Source: Leucoraja erinacea (taxonomy: Eukaryota). Taken from it: 64,000 bases of DNA. Each line of letters opens with the position of its first letter. Position 1 is the first letter of the stretch. Under the pieces are notes generated by a model. The model was not told the DNA's origin, did no database searches, and was given only the letters and a program-made list of their open reading frames with translations. Below are positions 1-13,479 of the stretch, one piece after another. A program made the position numbers and the translations under genes. The stretch covers positions 5,952,001 through 6,016,000 of the forward strand of contig NC_073413.1 of NCBI RefSeq assembly GCF_028641065.1, given 5' to 3'.

Positions 1-2088
1 GAGGGAGGGGAGAGAGGGGGGAGGGAGGGGGGGGAGTAGAGAGGGAGGGTAGGGGAGGGGGTAGAGAGCGAGGTGAGGGAGGGGGGGAAGAGAGAGAGGG
101 GGGGAGGGGGGGAAGAAGAGAGGGAGGGGGGGGAGAAGAGAGGGAGGGGGGGGAGAAGAGAGGGAGGGGGGGAGAAGAGAGGGAGGGGGGGGGAGAAGAG
201 AGGGAGGGGGGGAGAAGAGAGGGAGAGGGGGGAGAAGAGAGGGAGGGGGGGGGGAGAAGAGAGGGAGGGGGGGAGAAGAGAGGGAGGGGGGGGGGAGAAG
301 AGAGGGAGGGGGGGGAGAAGAGAGGAGGGGGGGAGAAGAGAGGGAGGGGGGGAGAAGAGAGGGAGGGGGGGAGAAGAGAGGGAGGGGGGGGGAGAAGAGA
401 GGGAGGGGGGAGGAGAAGAGAGGGAGGGGGGGAGAAGAAGAGAGGGAGGGGGGGGGAGAAGAGAGGGAGGGGGGGAGAAGAGAGGGAGGGGGGGAGAAGA
501 GAGGGAGGGGGGGGAGAGCGGGAGGGGGGGGGGGAGAAGAGAGGGAGGGGGGGAGAAGAGAGGGAGGGGGGAGAAGAGAGGGAGGGGGGGGGAGAGAGGG
601 AGGGGGGAGAGGGGGAGGGGGGGAGAAGAGAGGGGGAGGGGGGAGAAGAGAGGGAGGGGGGGGAGAGGGAGGGGCGACAGAGAGGGAGGGGCAGAGAGAG
701 GGGGGGAGAGATGGGGGGGAAACAGAGAGGGATGGGGCAGAGGAGGGAGGAGCAGAGAGGGAGGGGACAGAGAGGGAGGGGGCAGAGAGGGGGGGGGGAG
801 AAGAGAGGGGGGGGGGGAGAAGAGAGGGGGGGGGGAGAGAGGGGGGGAGAGGGGGAGGGGGGGGAGAGAGAGAGGGGGGGGGGAGAGGAGAGGGGGGGGG
901 GGAGAGGGGAGGGGGGGGGAAGAGAGGGAGGGGGGGGGAGAAGAGAGGGAGGGGGGGAGAAGAGAGGGAGGGGGGGGGGGAAGAGAAGGAGGGAGGGGGG
1001 GAGAAGAGAGGGAGGGGGGGGAGAAGAGAGGGAGGGGGGGAGAAGAGAGGGAGGGGGGGAGAAGAGAGGGAGGGGGGGAGAAGAGAGGGAGGGGGGGAGA
1101 AGAGAGGGAGGGGGGGAGAAGAGAGGGAGGGGGGAGAAGAGAGGGAGGGGGGGAGAAGAGAGGGAGGGGGGGAGAGAGAAGAGAGGGAGGGGGGGGAGAA
1201 GAGAGGGAGAGGGGGGAGAAGAGAGGGAGGGAGGGGGGGGAGAAGAGAGGGAGGGGGGGAGAAGAAGAGAGAGGGAGGGGGGGAGAAGAGAGGGAGGGGG
1301 GGAGAAGAGAGGGAGGGGGGGGGAGAAGAGAGGGAGGGGGGGGAGAAGAGAGAGGGAGGGGGGGAGAAGAGAGGGAGGGGGGGGAAGAGAGGGAGGGGGG
1401 GGGGAGAAGAGAGGGAGGGGGGGAGAAGAGAGGGAGGGGGGGAGAAGAGAGGGAGGGGGGGGAGAAGAGAGGGAGGGGGGGGAGAAGAGAGGGAGGGGGG
1501 GAGAAGAAGAGAGGGGAGGGGGGGAGAAGAGAGGGAGGGGGGGAGAAGAGAGAGGGAGGGGGGGGAGAAGAGAAGAGAGGGAGGGGGAGAAGAGAGGGAG
1601 GGGGAGAAGAGAGAGGGAGGAGGAGAAGAGGGGGGGAGAAGAGAGGGAGGGGGGAGAAGAGAGGGAGGGGGGGAGGGGGGGAGAAGAGAGGGAGGGGGAG
1701 AAGAGAGGGAGGGGGGGAGAAGAGAGGGAGGGGGGGAGAAGAGAGGGAGGGGGGGAGAAGAGAGGGAGGGGGGAGAAGAGAGGGAGGGGGGAGAAGAGAG
1801 GGAGGGGGGGAAGAGAGGGAGGGGGGGAGAAGAGAGGGAGGGGGGGAGAAGAGAGGGAGGGGGGGAGAAGAGAGGGAGGGGGGAGAAGAGAGGGAGGGGG
1901 AGAAGAGAGGGAGGGGGAGAAGAGAGGGAGGGGGAGAAGAGAGGGAGGGGGAGAAGAGAGGGAGGGGGAGAAGAGAGGGAGGGGGGAGAAGAGAGGGAGG
2001 GGGAGAAGAGAGGGAGGGGGAGAAGAGAGGGAGGGGGAGAAGAGAGGGAGGGGGAGAAGAGAGGGAGGGGGGAGAAGAGAGGGAGGGA
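1..2088. repeat. Polypurine (G/A) minisatellite, unit approx. GGAGAAGAGAGGGAGGGG(G)n
   Basis: About 2.1 kb almost entirely G/A on the + strand, with a recurring AGAAGAGAGGGAG core and variable G-runs; truncated by the window start. Confidence 0.97.
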
Positions 2089-2382
2089 GTATCATGCAAG
2101 ACTATGTCTTAGATGAACCTGCAAGATCTAACACTCCTACTCAAAAGAAAATGTGAATTCGCCCTAGTGTTCTAGATGAATTGCATCCCTCTTAGATGCC
2201 AGCTACAATGGTTAAAAAAAAGCCATTCAATGCATGGAAATATATGGATGGGTAATAAAATGCTACCCTTGCCTGTGACAACCAGATCACAGAAAATAAA
2301 TAATTACATCACCAGAAACATTGTCTGGTATTTTTCACATCAATATTTGTGATAGTGTGCTGTGCACAAATTGGTTGCCATG

Positions 2383-2500
2383 GATACGGAAGCTTTAGAG
2401 GGTTACGGGCCAAATCCGAGCAGGTGGAACTAGTGAAGATGGGGCATCTTGGTCAGCATGAGCAAGTTGAGCCAAAGGGCCGGTTTCCATGTTGTATGTC
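2383..2500 (+). mobile_element. CR1/HER1-like LINE (or SINE) 3' tail fragment
   Basis: Contains 'gagcaagttgagccaaagggccggtttccatgttgtatg', resembling the 3' tails at ~43060-43125 and ~43650-43710. Confidence 0.6.
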
Positions 2501-2799
2501 TTGAGATGTAATAGTCCACTCTTAAAAAAATACGTCACTGGTCTCAGACAGCTTTGGGTCATTCTTAAATATACTCAATGAAGTTGCCTTCACTTTTTCC
2601 TGACAATTACAAATCCAATCTGCTTCACCCTCATTTTAAAAATCAGCATTATCAGCAAAGGTGGCCTAAGAATTAGAAATCCGAATAATGAGAGAAGTGT
2701 TTCAGCAGAGGAAAGACAATTATTTATTTTATTACTAAACTAGTGTCCTTCCAGGAAACGATCTTTTAAACTGTTTTAACAATTCAGATGCCGTTATCT

Positions 2800-3070
2800 A
2801 GATTATCAAGTATCCAGAGACGCAAGTTTTCAATTCCCACCATGACCACTGGAGAATTTAAATTTAAGTAACTCAATAATCTGGAATAAAAGACATTAAG
2901 ATTATTCTGGAGGCCTATTTGATTAAGCTTTTTGCGGAAAAATATTTTCTATCCTCACCTGTTCTTGCCTATGTGCAATTCCACACCTACTGCAATGTTG
3001 TTATAATTAACAATCCTCAGAAATATACTAGCAAGTTACTCAACTTAAAAAACTATTAGGAAAGGACAAC
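2800..3070 (+). mobile_element. Degenerate ancient SINE (SacSINE1/DeuSINE-like) remnant
   Basis: 'caattcccaccatg...aatttaaatttaag...aatctggaataaaag' and 'gcctatgtgcaattccacacctactgcaatgttg' resemble shark Deu-domain SINEs, recognised from memory only. Confidence 0.4.
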
Positions 3071-3597
3071 ACATTTTTACTTCCAAGTAATACCTATCTT
3101 GTGAACAAATTACTTCGAATCTTAAAATTTACAGTGCAGAAACAGGACATTCTGGTCCACCTGGTCCATGCCTATCTTACCCGTCCAAGCAGCTGTCTAA
3201 ATGCCACATAAACATAATTGTATCTGCCTCCACCATCTCCTCAGGCACCACATTCCAGATATTCACCACCTTGTGTGTGAAAAAAACATCTCTCTCAGAC
3301 CTCTACATTTCTGTCCTCTCACATTAAACCTGTACTCTCCAGTTCACGATTACCTTGCCTTGGGCCAGTGCAGTGCATCGAATTGCCTCAAGCCACTTAC
3401 TGAAATTGTATGTGGATGATAACAATGTACAAGAACTGTGGAGCTATCCATAAAGAACTCAATCAGATGTTAAAATGTTGAGCAATGGTTTAATTTTAAA
3501 AGGAATCACTGGTCATGCAGCATTTATATTTTAGAACATCTGAATACTGTGGTTTTGCTTTCACTGCTTGTACGATCAAGATTTGTAAGACTGTGGG

Positions 3598-3691
3598 TAC
3601 ACAAAATTGCTGGAAAAACTCAGCGGGTGCAGCAGCATCTATGGAGCGAAGGAAATAGGCGACGTTTCGGGCCGAAACCCTTCTTCAGACT
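3598..3691 (-). mobile_element. Penelope-type terminal repeat with minimal hammerhead ribozyme core (core 3661-3688)
   Basis: Minus strand reads CTGAAGA-A-GGGTT-TC-GGCCC-GAAAC-GTC followed by the family sequence 'gcctatttccttcgctccatagatgctgc'. Confidence 0.75.
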
Positions 3692-6600
3692 GTGGTTTGG
3701 CTCAGTCATCACTGCATGCAGTATAATTGTTCCATCTTACCTAATTGTTGGGTTCAATTTCTTAACTCGTCTTTACCCTCTGCGGAATCATTCAACATCC
3801 ATGTGATTCTGCAGACTTTTCTTTCTGGATCAATGCTCAACTATTTGATAGGTCAAGTGTCCCTGTCAGCAGAACGATGGAAAGCTGGAAAAATCACCTC
3901 TTCATTTCATCATATACTGACAGTCCTTCAGCCTACTTGTACTGCTGGAGCACAGAATTAAACTATCACAAATATCACCTGACAGAGATGCAGTTATGGC
4001 TGAAAGGACAGCATCTTTTCTACCATTTTTTAACTTCATGCTCATAATTGCAGATAAAAACACATAAAAAATCCATGCAATGTAGGTAGCAGCTTTATTT
4101 TCAAACAGATCGCAGCCTAACATTTAATGAACTAAATAAAAATTCTGTGAAATCATGTCTTGTGTACAAACTGAAATAACCGCAATGCAGAAAGCTAACT
4201 GCTGTACTGCTGTAAAATAATGGCTGGTGCAGAGCATTAAGAGACTGGATGGCAAGAATGAGATCCACAACCGAGCCTGCACTGCGACAGACATTAATTT
4301 AAACTTGCATGACAAGAATGAGGCTGGAGACTTTCAGGTGTGAAATTTCATCATTTGAATTCTTATTAATGTCTAATTTTATTATCTAGCAAAGAGGTTT
4401 ATATTTCTTGTTACAATTTGATATTCTGATAACCAAGCATCCAAACCACTCCTTCATGAACCTAAACAATTTCTCACAAATAAAATAATATTCTGTGTTT
4501 AATATGTATGATTGAGAAAAGTGCTGCAAATTACATAATACAGTGCCAGAACAAAGAATCATGTCTTTAATTCCTATAAACTCCACCTACAGGTTTTTAT
4601 ACAGTACATTGATAAAAAGCTGACAATGTTGTGAAAGATAAATCAAAATAGTGGAACACATATCTGTTATCAATGCCAGAGACACTGTCGTAACAGTGGG
4701 ATAACAGTGGGCCTCAGCAGGCTTTTTTCAAATGGTATACGGTACATCGTAGATGGGATGGACAAGAATGAGCTCAGGAGAAGGAGATTAAGAATATATG
4801 TGGAAATGATAGAGATCACGCACCATTCAAATTCTCTAAAATTACACATAGAGTTTTTTAGGTTCAGCAACTAATTAAGTTGAACTTGTCTCAACTGCAT
4901 CTTGTCCTTGTCAGTTAAATAGGTTTGAAACATAAGAAACTGCAGATGCTGGAATCTGGATTTAACAAAGTACTGGAGGAACTCAGCGGGTCAGGGAGCA
5001 TTTGTTGAGGAAATGGACAGATGATTGTCAGGCCCTTTCTTCAGACTTATGTTGTTGATTCTCAATGTCACTCAAACATGAAAAGGGTGCCCAGTCAATA
5101 CTTACAGGAAGGTTAAGAAAGAAAAATTAACATTCGTCGCATGTGGCATTAGCTTCTACAATAGACTGAGGAAATAATCACTACTTATGGGGCCTGATAA
5201 CATTCAAAACGGTGGAATCAACAAAACATTTATTCTATTACAGCTTAATGAAAAGTCAAAAGTACAAAAAGAAACAATCCAACTTATAAATTAAAACACG
5301 TGTAATAAATTCACATCACCATTCTTCCATTTCCTAAAGGTTGATTTCCTGGCAAGTTTCCATTCCAAGTTCATGAGAGAACTGGTATATTTTTCAAAGC
5401 AATGACACAATTGGTTTAAATACATATGGCAACATTTTATGGCAACTCAGATCCTGGCCTTTGATTAAAAGGTAAATAAAGCCAAGTAGAATTCAATTGT
5501 ATTATCATGTAAGAAACTGAAAATATCTCCTGACAACTGGCTATGACCCCTACTGAAATGACTAAGGAGTATCACAATGTTCTCAAAGAAGCAGCCATGA
5601 AAAATAACTTTCCAGCGCCACTCCGAATGTTAGCTGGTATTCAGGAATGTAACTGAAAACAGCATCAATACAGGAAAAATGTTCTTGCACAGATGTGATT
5701 ATGAGGAAACAATGATAGAATAATGGAAAAAATACTCCCAGTCCAACCACTAAATCAAAAAAAAGGCAGCAGAAGTGAATGTTATTGATGAAGTAGCTAA
5801 AGACAGTTAGGGTTAGAATACGGTCTGAGGTCTGATATCATGTGTCTCCAATAATCACATCAAGTGGGATTCAATATTCTACTCTCATCCTAAGTAAAAT
5901 CAATTTCACACACATTTTTGAGAAATTCAAATAGGGATTTAACCATAACCACATCATCTTGAGCATAGTAAAAGGATGCAAGCTCTCATTAGGCCCAATT
6001 CAACACTAAGCTAAGTTAACGTTAGGAGAAATGATTGAAAATATAGACAAAAGGTGAAGGATCAATGGTCAATTTGAAAGAAAGGGATAAAGGCATTCAG
6101 AAAGATGATTCTACAACTTGAGTCAAAAGCTGAAAACAGAATTGACAACGGTCAAGTAATTAACATTAGGAAAACGATAGAATCCGGGAAAGGAACAGTG
6201 TAAAGATCTTTGAGGGATTTAGGACTAAACATGGTTAGGAAATGAGACAGAGAAGGGTTTGAAAACAAGGTATTAAAAACGAGACATTTCTGAATTGGTA
6301 GTCTATGAAGGACATTGAACAATAACCAATAGGTAAATGGAATTTGATGCAAGAAATGAGCTGCACAGTGTGGATGAAGTATTACATTTATGATTGTTTA
6401 AGAACGCAAGTTTTTTCTCATACAGAATTACAGCACGGATAAGGATTTTTATCCACGGGTAAGTTGGAGGGGAAGGTGGGTGAAGATGAAAAGATTACCA
6501 AATGTTCTGAAAGTGGAAGAGCCGTTAATGCCAGTAGATTTGGGTTAAGTAACGTTGAGGTCAAATAGAATGGCTGTTTATAACAAGGATATATTTTAAA

Positions 6601-8139
6601 CAAATACCTGTGCCTTGCAGATCTACACTTACAATAGTGTTGTTTCATTTTGCCTAGAATTCCAAACAGTTTACCAGGCAAGTAAAAAAAAAAAAAAATT
6701 GACGACCAAGATTAGTTTTAAGTCTGTCGCTGGTATTTATTTAAAAACTATTAGAATCAATACAAATTTTCAGTAGTATCAAATATTCAAGGACCTCAAA
6801 CTGTCCTTCAAATTCAGCAGTTAAAATGCAACAGCTATTGTGACAACAGATCGATATTTTGTCCTTTCACTATCCTAAATTCCAGTCACAGAACGATAAA
6901 GGATGGGATCAAGGTTCCCATGAGCAGCCTTCAGTCTCTACTGCCATGCTCAGCACTGTAATTCATTTTGAAAGAAATGGGAAAAAAACAAGCAGAACAC
7001 AATGATCACTACAATTGTACTTGCATTAAATAGACAATATAGAATTAAATAGAAGTATTCAGAGGTCCACATTCAAATCATTGAACACATTTAAATAAGA
7101 ACTAATTTGATAATGGTTATTAGAAAATGATCAAACCTTTCCAAATTCTCAACAAAAATCAGATATTCTTTTAGCTGGAATCTTAATCATTATTAACTAT
7201 TATTAATTATGGTCTTTTGGAAGTTTTTGCCTCTGTTGCCTGGTACTATAAAATTCAGAGCTATGCTTGAGTGATGCAAAGACATTTCGACCTTGGTCTT
7301 TATCCAACTCTAGCCTATTTGCACCAATGCGGCATGCACATTGAGAGATGTGGGATGAACATTGCTGCAAACAAGACAAACAACTCCATACAATTATATT
7401 TTTGCTCCTATCAAATTATTCCCAGATCTATTTTTATGCTTTTATCATTATGAAGCTGAGCATTAAAGTATTGGTACTCTATCCAAGCCTGACAGGAGTG
7501 ACAATCTCCATATTGCCAAACAAACAAGATGTCTACATCCACCAGCATTTAATTTTATTGCAAGTTCTCTTAACATTAAAATTCTTACCCATGCCGTGGT
7601 CACATGCAAGTGTAATTTTTTTTTTTAAAATCATCATTGCCTCATTTTAATAAACAACTTGCCCAGAGATCATCCATGCATTTTGTTCAGAACCATTTCC
7701 AACCTGGTAATCCAGACCTTAGTAAATACAAAATGTATTTACCATTCTTCTTCATCCCATGACCTTTCACTCAACTTGTAGCTTTTGATCACAACTCAAA
7801 TCACATTTCTGAACACTTTTTAAAATTTTCGTCACTTTACTAAATCAGATTCATAACTTCCTCTTATTTACTTCCATTTTTCCCATCCTATCTGTAACAA
7901 TTTGCAAAGAACAAACAATTTGCTCATTCCAGGGAAAGCAAGATGCTGCTGCAGCACCAAATGTGTCTTCCCAGGTTCAGAACCATGTTACAAGAGACCA
8001 GAAATGCAAACCAGCTTTCATCATTTTATGGCACAGTTTTCTAAGACTTTACACACCTGGTCTTAAGGTGAAATAGTAAATTCAAAACTTTTAAAGTCCC
8101 CAAACATTGGGGGAAAAACAGGGGAATCTCTGCTTATCC

Positions 8140-8280
8140 CTATTCAACTGGATCCTGGACTTCCTCATCAGTAAATGACAATCAATTTGAACTGACAACA
8201 ATATTTCCTCCTTGATAACCATCAGCACAGGGCTGCTGATGACTGTATGCTCAGCCCCCTGCTCTACTCACTCCATACTT
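8140..8280 (+). mobile_element. Rex1/Babar-like non-LTR retrotransposon RT fragment (decayed)
   Basis: Conceptual translation LFNWILDFLISK..QSI..TDNNISSLITISTG...CMLSPLLYSLHT matches the RT motif region (WILDFL...GCVLSPLLYSLYT), with stops and frameshifts. Confidence 0.7.
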
Positions 8281-8314
8281 CTATTGCAAAAGCAGGACAC
8301 AATTCCAATGTCAT

Positions 8315-9830
8315 AAAATTACAGTTGTGTTTCTCCGCCCCATTTCAGGGCACCATAATGTTTGGGACACATGGCTTCATATGTGTTTGTAATTGCTCAG
8401 GTGTGTTTAAATGCCTCCTTAAAGCAGATATAAGAGAACTCTCAGCACCTAGACTTTCCATCACATTTGGAAACTTTTATTGCTAACAACATGAGGACCA
8501 AAGTTATCAACATTAGGACCAAAGTTGTGCCAATGAAAGTCAAAGAAGCCATTATGAGACTGAGAAACAAGAATAAAACTGTTAGAGACATCAGCCAAAC
8601 CTTAGGCTTACCAGAATCAACTGTTTGGATCATTAAGAAGAAAGAGAGCACTGGTGAGCTTATTGATCGCAAAGGGACTGGGAGGCCAAGGAATACCGCC
8701 ACAGCTGATGACAGAAGAACTCTCTATAATAAAGAAAAACCCCCAAACACCTGTCCGACAGATCAGAAACACTCTTCAGGAGTCGGGTGTGGATTTGTCA
8801 ATGACCACTGTCCACAGAAGACTTCATGAACAGAAATACAGAGGCTACACTGCAAGATGCAAACCACTGGTTAGCCGCAAAAATAGGATGGCCAGGTTAG
8901 TTTGCCAAGAAGTACTTAAAAGAGCAACCACAGTTCTGGACAGATGAGTCTTGTGGACAGATAAGACAAAGATTAACATATCAGATTGATGGCAAGAGCA
9001 AAATATGGAGGAGAGAAGGAACCAAAGCATGCCACCTCATCTGTGAAACACGGTGGTGGGGGAGTTATGGCCTGGGCATGTATGGCTGCTGAAGGTACTG
9101 GCTCACTTATCTTCATTGATGATACAACTGCTGATGGTAGTAGCATAATGAATTCTGAAGTGTATAGACATATCTGCTCAAGTTCAAACAAATGCCTCAA
9201 AACACATTGGTTGCCAATTCATTCGACAACAAGACAATGATCCCAAACATACTGCTTAAGCAACAAAGGAGTTTTTCAAAACTAAAAAATTGTAGATTCT
9301 TGAGTGGCCAAGTCAATCACCCGATCTGAACCCAATTGAGCTTGCCTTTTAGATGCTGAAGAGGAAACTGAAGGGGACTCGCTCCCAAAACAAGCATAAG
9401 CTAAAGATGGCTGGAATACAGGCCTGGCAGAGCATCACCAGAGAAGACACCCAGCAGGCGGTGCAGGCTCGAAGGGCCGAATGGCCTACTCATGCACCTA
9501 TTTTCTATGTTTTTTAACTGGCGATGTCCATGAATCGCAGACTTCAAGCAGTCATTGCATGCAAAGGATATGCAACAAAATACTATACATTACTACATTC
9601 ATTCACATTACATTGTTGTGTCCCAAACATTATGGTGCCCTGAAATGGGGGGACGATGTACACAGCTGTAATTTCCACATGGTGAAACCACAATGTATAA
9701 AAATGGCCTTTATTAAAATCTGACAATGTACAATTTAACTACATGTGATTTTTTTATATTAAAAATCTCAAATTGTGGAGTACAGAGGCAAATAAATGGG
9801 TCTTTGTCCCAAACATTATGGAGACCACTG
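8315..9830 (+). mobile_element. Tc1-like DNA transposon (IR/DR type), frameshifted transposase, left IR truncated
   Basis: Fragments of an HTH region (KTVRDISQTLGLPESTV..GTGRPR), WTDxTKIN, SVKHGGGGVMAWACM, QQDNDPKHT and SPDLNPIE (DD34E-type). The right IR ends 'cccaaacattatggagaccactg' followed by TA at 9831-9832. Highly similar to the copy at 31021-32612. Confidence 0.93.
9458..9515 (+). mobile_element. Short LINE/SINE 3' tail inserted inside the Tc1 transposase
   Basis: 'gcggtgcaggctcgaagggccgaatggcctactcatgcacctattttctatgttt' is nearly identical to tails at ~54808-54865 and ~63705-63756 and is absent from the second Tc1 copy. Confidence 0.8.
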
Positions 9831-12800
9831 TATTTGCAAATTAACAATATTTCCAGTTTTAAACATTAAGCAGGTTAGACAGCATATGTGGAAAAACAAA
9901 TAGAGTGAATGACCTTTGGTCAGAAGGGTCTGTTCTGAGGATGGGTCTTCAACCTCAAACATCAACTTTCTCTTTCTACAGATGCTGCCCAACAGACTAG
10001 ATGCTCCCAACATATTTTGGGGAAAACTATGACAGGACTGTTTATTCCCTGGCTGGATTGCAATCAACAGGTTGTTAACATTGTATTAATATCCTTACAT
10101 TAAGCTGATTTCACATTAAGATGCAAGTAAATGAAAGCTTTGGCGTTTACACTCTTGCAAAGAAAGTCACTGTTTTATCTTCAAAAATGTACAAATCATA
10201 TCAAGAACCAGGGTCCACAGACACGGGATCCCAGAATGGCAGTGGCTGAAGACAAGCAAGCCTAATATGAGGGGTCTGGCATGCATTGAGAAAAGCTCAT
10301 TGATTTCACAGATTGATACCACGGCTATTACATTATATGGCATGACTGGTGAAGAAAATTGAGACTTTTAGGTACAGTTATTTTCTGAACAAGAACAATG
10401 AGAGATGTACAAGGCACATGACTGTCGAATGACATCTTAAGTATAGTTTGCATTCTAAATATAGTTGAAAGAAACTGGAAGCCAACACTAATTTAAGACA
10501 TTTCCATTTTCATGTAGATGGGGGTATTATTTAGATGATATAGAGAAACTAGTAATTGCACTGCAGAAGCATGTCTGGGTTCAGGCAATGTGCTTCTGAA
10601 AAGTGTTATGTCCTTTATTAGACTCACTGTTCCACCAACAAGCATCACATATAATTATCTCAATCAAATTCAACCCTGCATATGCACCAAAATACAAACA
10701 ATTCTTAACAATCAACTCCCATTTATAGAAAAACTTTTGGCTGTATCAATGTGGAAAAATAATCTTAAGTTAACGTAGAGTTTCAGAATTTAACTTAGTT
10801 ATTGCACAAATATGAAAACAAGATGCCATAAAGATATTTCAGAGTTTCTATTACATAATTTTATTTGGGAGTAGTCAGTTGCTATAATTTCAAGAACTTT
10901 CTTTGCAGTGATTGTGGAGATCAGATCATTTTAAGTAATCAGCAACAAATATAACAGTACCAGTAATCTGGATATTGCTATTCCATCATATTATGATATC
11001 AAAAGGCTCAATGGTGTACAAAGCTGCAAATCTATCCAGTTAAACCAAATAAAAGCTTAATTGCATTAGTGCTTAATTTGCTCACATCAAAGACCAAAAC
11101 AGAAAGACTATGAAAACCCGGGGATTAAATAATTGATTAATAACCACAAACAGCTCTGGTAAAATATAAACAGAGTATTTGGTAAAAAAGGCACGCACCA
11201 ATGATTCCAATCAGACAAAAAAATAATGTTTCATTACGCAAGGGAAACAACCACACTTGAGTGGAAATGGCAGGTGAAGCATGGTGACCCTAGCAAATTC
11301 TATTTCTTTACTTCTTCCTCTGCTGTACTACCGAATGACGAAATAGTCATCAAACTATAGAGAAATAACACGCATTTCCGTCTCTCATGATCTTCCCTCA
11401 CCGTACTCATCCATTTCAAAAACAACCAGTAGCTTTATTTTAAGTAGTTTTGGTTAATACAAACCATTGCAAGAACTTAAATTAGGGCTCTTTTCCATTC
11501 CAAATTTAAAAATAATTAATCCATTGAACTGATTAAAATTATTCATTTTATTCTTTGTTATGTTGTGAAATTATGTCAATGGAACAGGCAGGATGAACAA
11601 TTAAACAAAACTAAAACAGCACACTAATTAATTTTTTTTTGAATCTCAAAAAAAATGTACACTCTTTCGATATCTTCAACCAATTGTCCTCTTTGAAGCT
11701 TGCTAGGATAGTTATCAGTGTTCTACAATATCTTGACCAAGGGCCCACTCATGCATGATCCAAGAAACGGAATATGGAAGGCGGCTAGATTTAAATACAT
11801 TAAATAAAATTCAGTCCTGTTCTCAACAGTACATGTACTTTCCAGCTGTAACCAAGCTTAGGACAATTAAAATCTTTCTTATGCAGGGATATGTGCTATG
11901 GGCATTGGGAGATCATTCCCACCAAGATTACATCAGCACAAAAACATTAAAGAAATGACAAATCCACCAGATACATGGGAACAAGACAGTAATGTTCTTG
12001 AAAGGTGATATTTACGTGACACTTTCCATTGCACTGTTGTCATTTACTACGTTGTATGTGTCTGACTTTAATTGCAAAAGTTGCTCTTCTCTCACAAGGC
12101 AAAAAACAAGACCAGTGTACATTAAATAGCTAATTCGCCAACAGATTTGTTTCCATACTGAACTTAAAATAAAAAATTACTGTAGAGACAGTGAAAAGTT
12201 TGATAAAATTAGTCTTGGAAGGCATTTTAAAGCCAATGTCTTTGAAATGAGTAATACTTTTAAAATGTGTTTTTTTTTAACACATCATTTCACTTTTATT
12301 TGTAACTTCTACAGTTGTCAAAGCATTAACCATTGAGAAAGCAACATGTTCTGGCATATACATCTTTTCAAAGATGCACTCATTTTCTGGACAAGAGTGA
12401 ATTATTCCACCCTGATCAAAGACGATGAGAGCAAAGCACACAGATTCCAATTGCACCAAAAGGGATTACAAGAAATCATTAACGGGATGACGATAGTACA
12501 CAGGTCTGAGGCAGCAATTGCTGCAAACAGCGTACATCCACAGTATAACATTTCTCTCCATTTCTTCTTCCATATCATTAGTCCCGCCCATTCACTGACA
12601 AAGTTACATCAGGTCCAAGATGTTTCAGCTTGGGCATGGCTCAGGAAATCAGGCTTGTGTTTTGGCCAGTCTGTCTTCAGTGCCACAACATTACAGCAAA
12701 AGGGACCAAAGAAATTGAATCCAGGCCAACAGTTTTGCATTTATTTTTAGCTCAAAATGCTCTTTCCTGACAAAGCAAGTTTTGGAAAAAAAAAGTTTTT

Positions 12801-13479
12801 ATTCTCAGAACGGAGATTTTCATGCTTACTGTAAAAGTGTTGTCACAGAAATATCTTTATAACATTATGGAATGAATTTAACAACTGGCTTTTTCTGTAT
12901 TTTGTGTTCGCTCTCTCCACTCCCGCAACTATTAAGTAAATCATGTGGCGCCATTTTACTGCGTAACTCGAGGAGGTGGGGGGGGGGGGGGGCTGCAACG
13001 GGAGCCTCAAAACCGAAATCCACCATGTAGAGATTCGTTATCGCAAGGGTTTACTGCACAGTCATTGGTATGTCGTCTGCTCCCTTAGGCTGTTATCCGG
13101 TGCACTCAACTGTTTCTTGACCATGTACAGTGTATCAAATTGATTGAAGACTGGCTTCTGTGACATTGGAGACCTCAGAGGAAGCCGAAATGAATACCCA
13201 CTCAGTAATTCAGGCTGAACTTGACTGTGAATACAGGTCCACCACCGATTTTCAGGCAGCTGATGGTTTAGCTGCATCTCCTTTAATCCAAAATTACGAG
13301 CTGCCACTTGAAATCCCCCTGGAAATGTGGCACCTAAGCCGTGAAGGTGGCCGATCTTGACCTCATCAGGACCCCAGTAGCTGATCGGCGGGCTGAATTT
13401 ACGCCCTGCGGCCAAAGCTCTGGAACTTTGGTCCAGCCAGAGCCAGCAGATACATTCCCATTGCCGACTTCTCCAACCA

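Noticed and set aside
73-2156. 679-aa and 481-aa Gly/Glu/Arg-rich ORFs
   Set aside because: Artefacts of a T-free purine repeat that cannot encode stop codons.
3866-3913. Box C (ATGATGA) / box D (CTGA) pair on the minus strand resembling a C/D snoRNA
   Set aside because: Only 48 nt from C to D, with no proper terminal stem outside the boxes and no recognisable rRNA antisense element.
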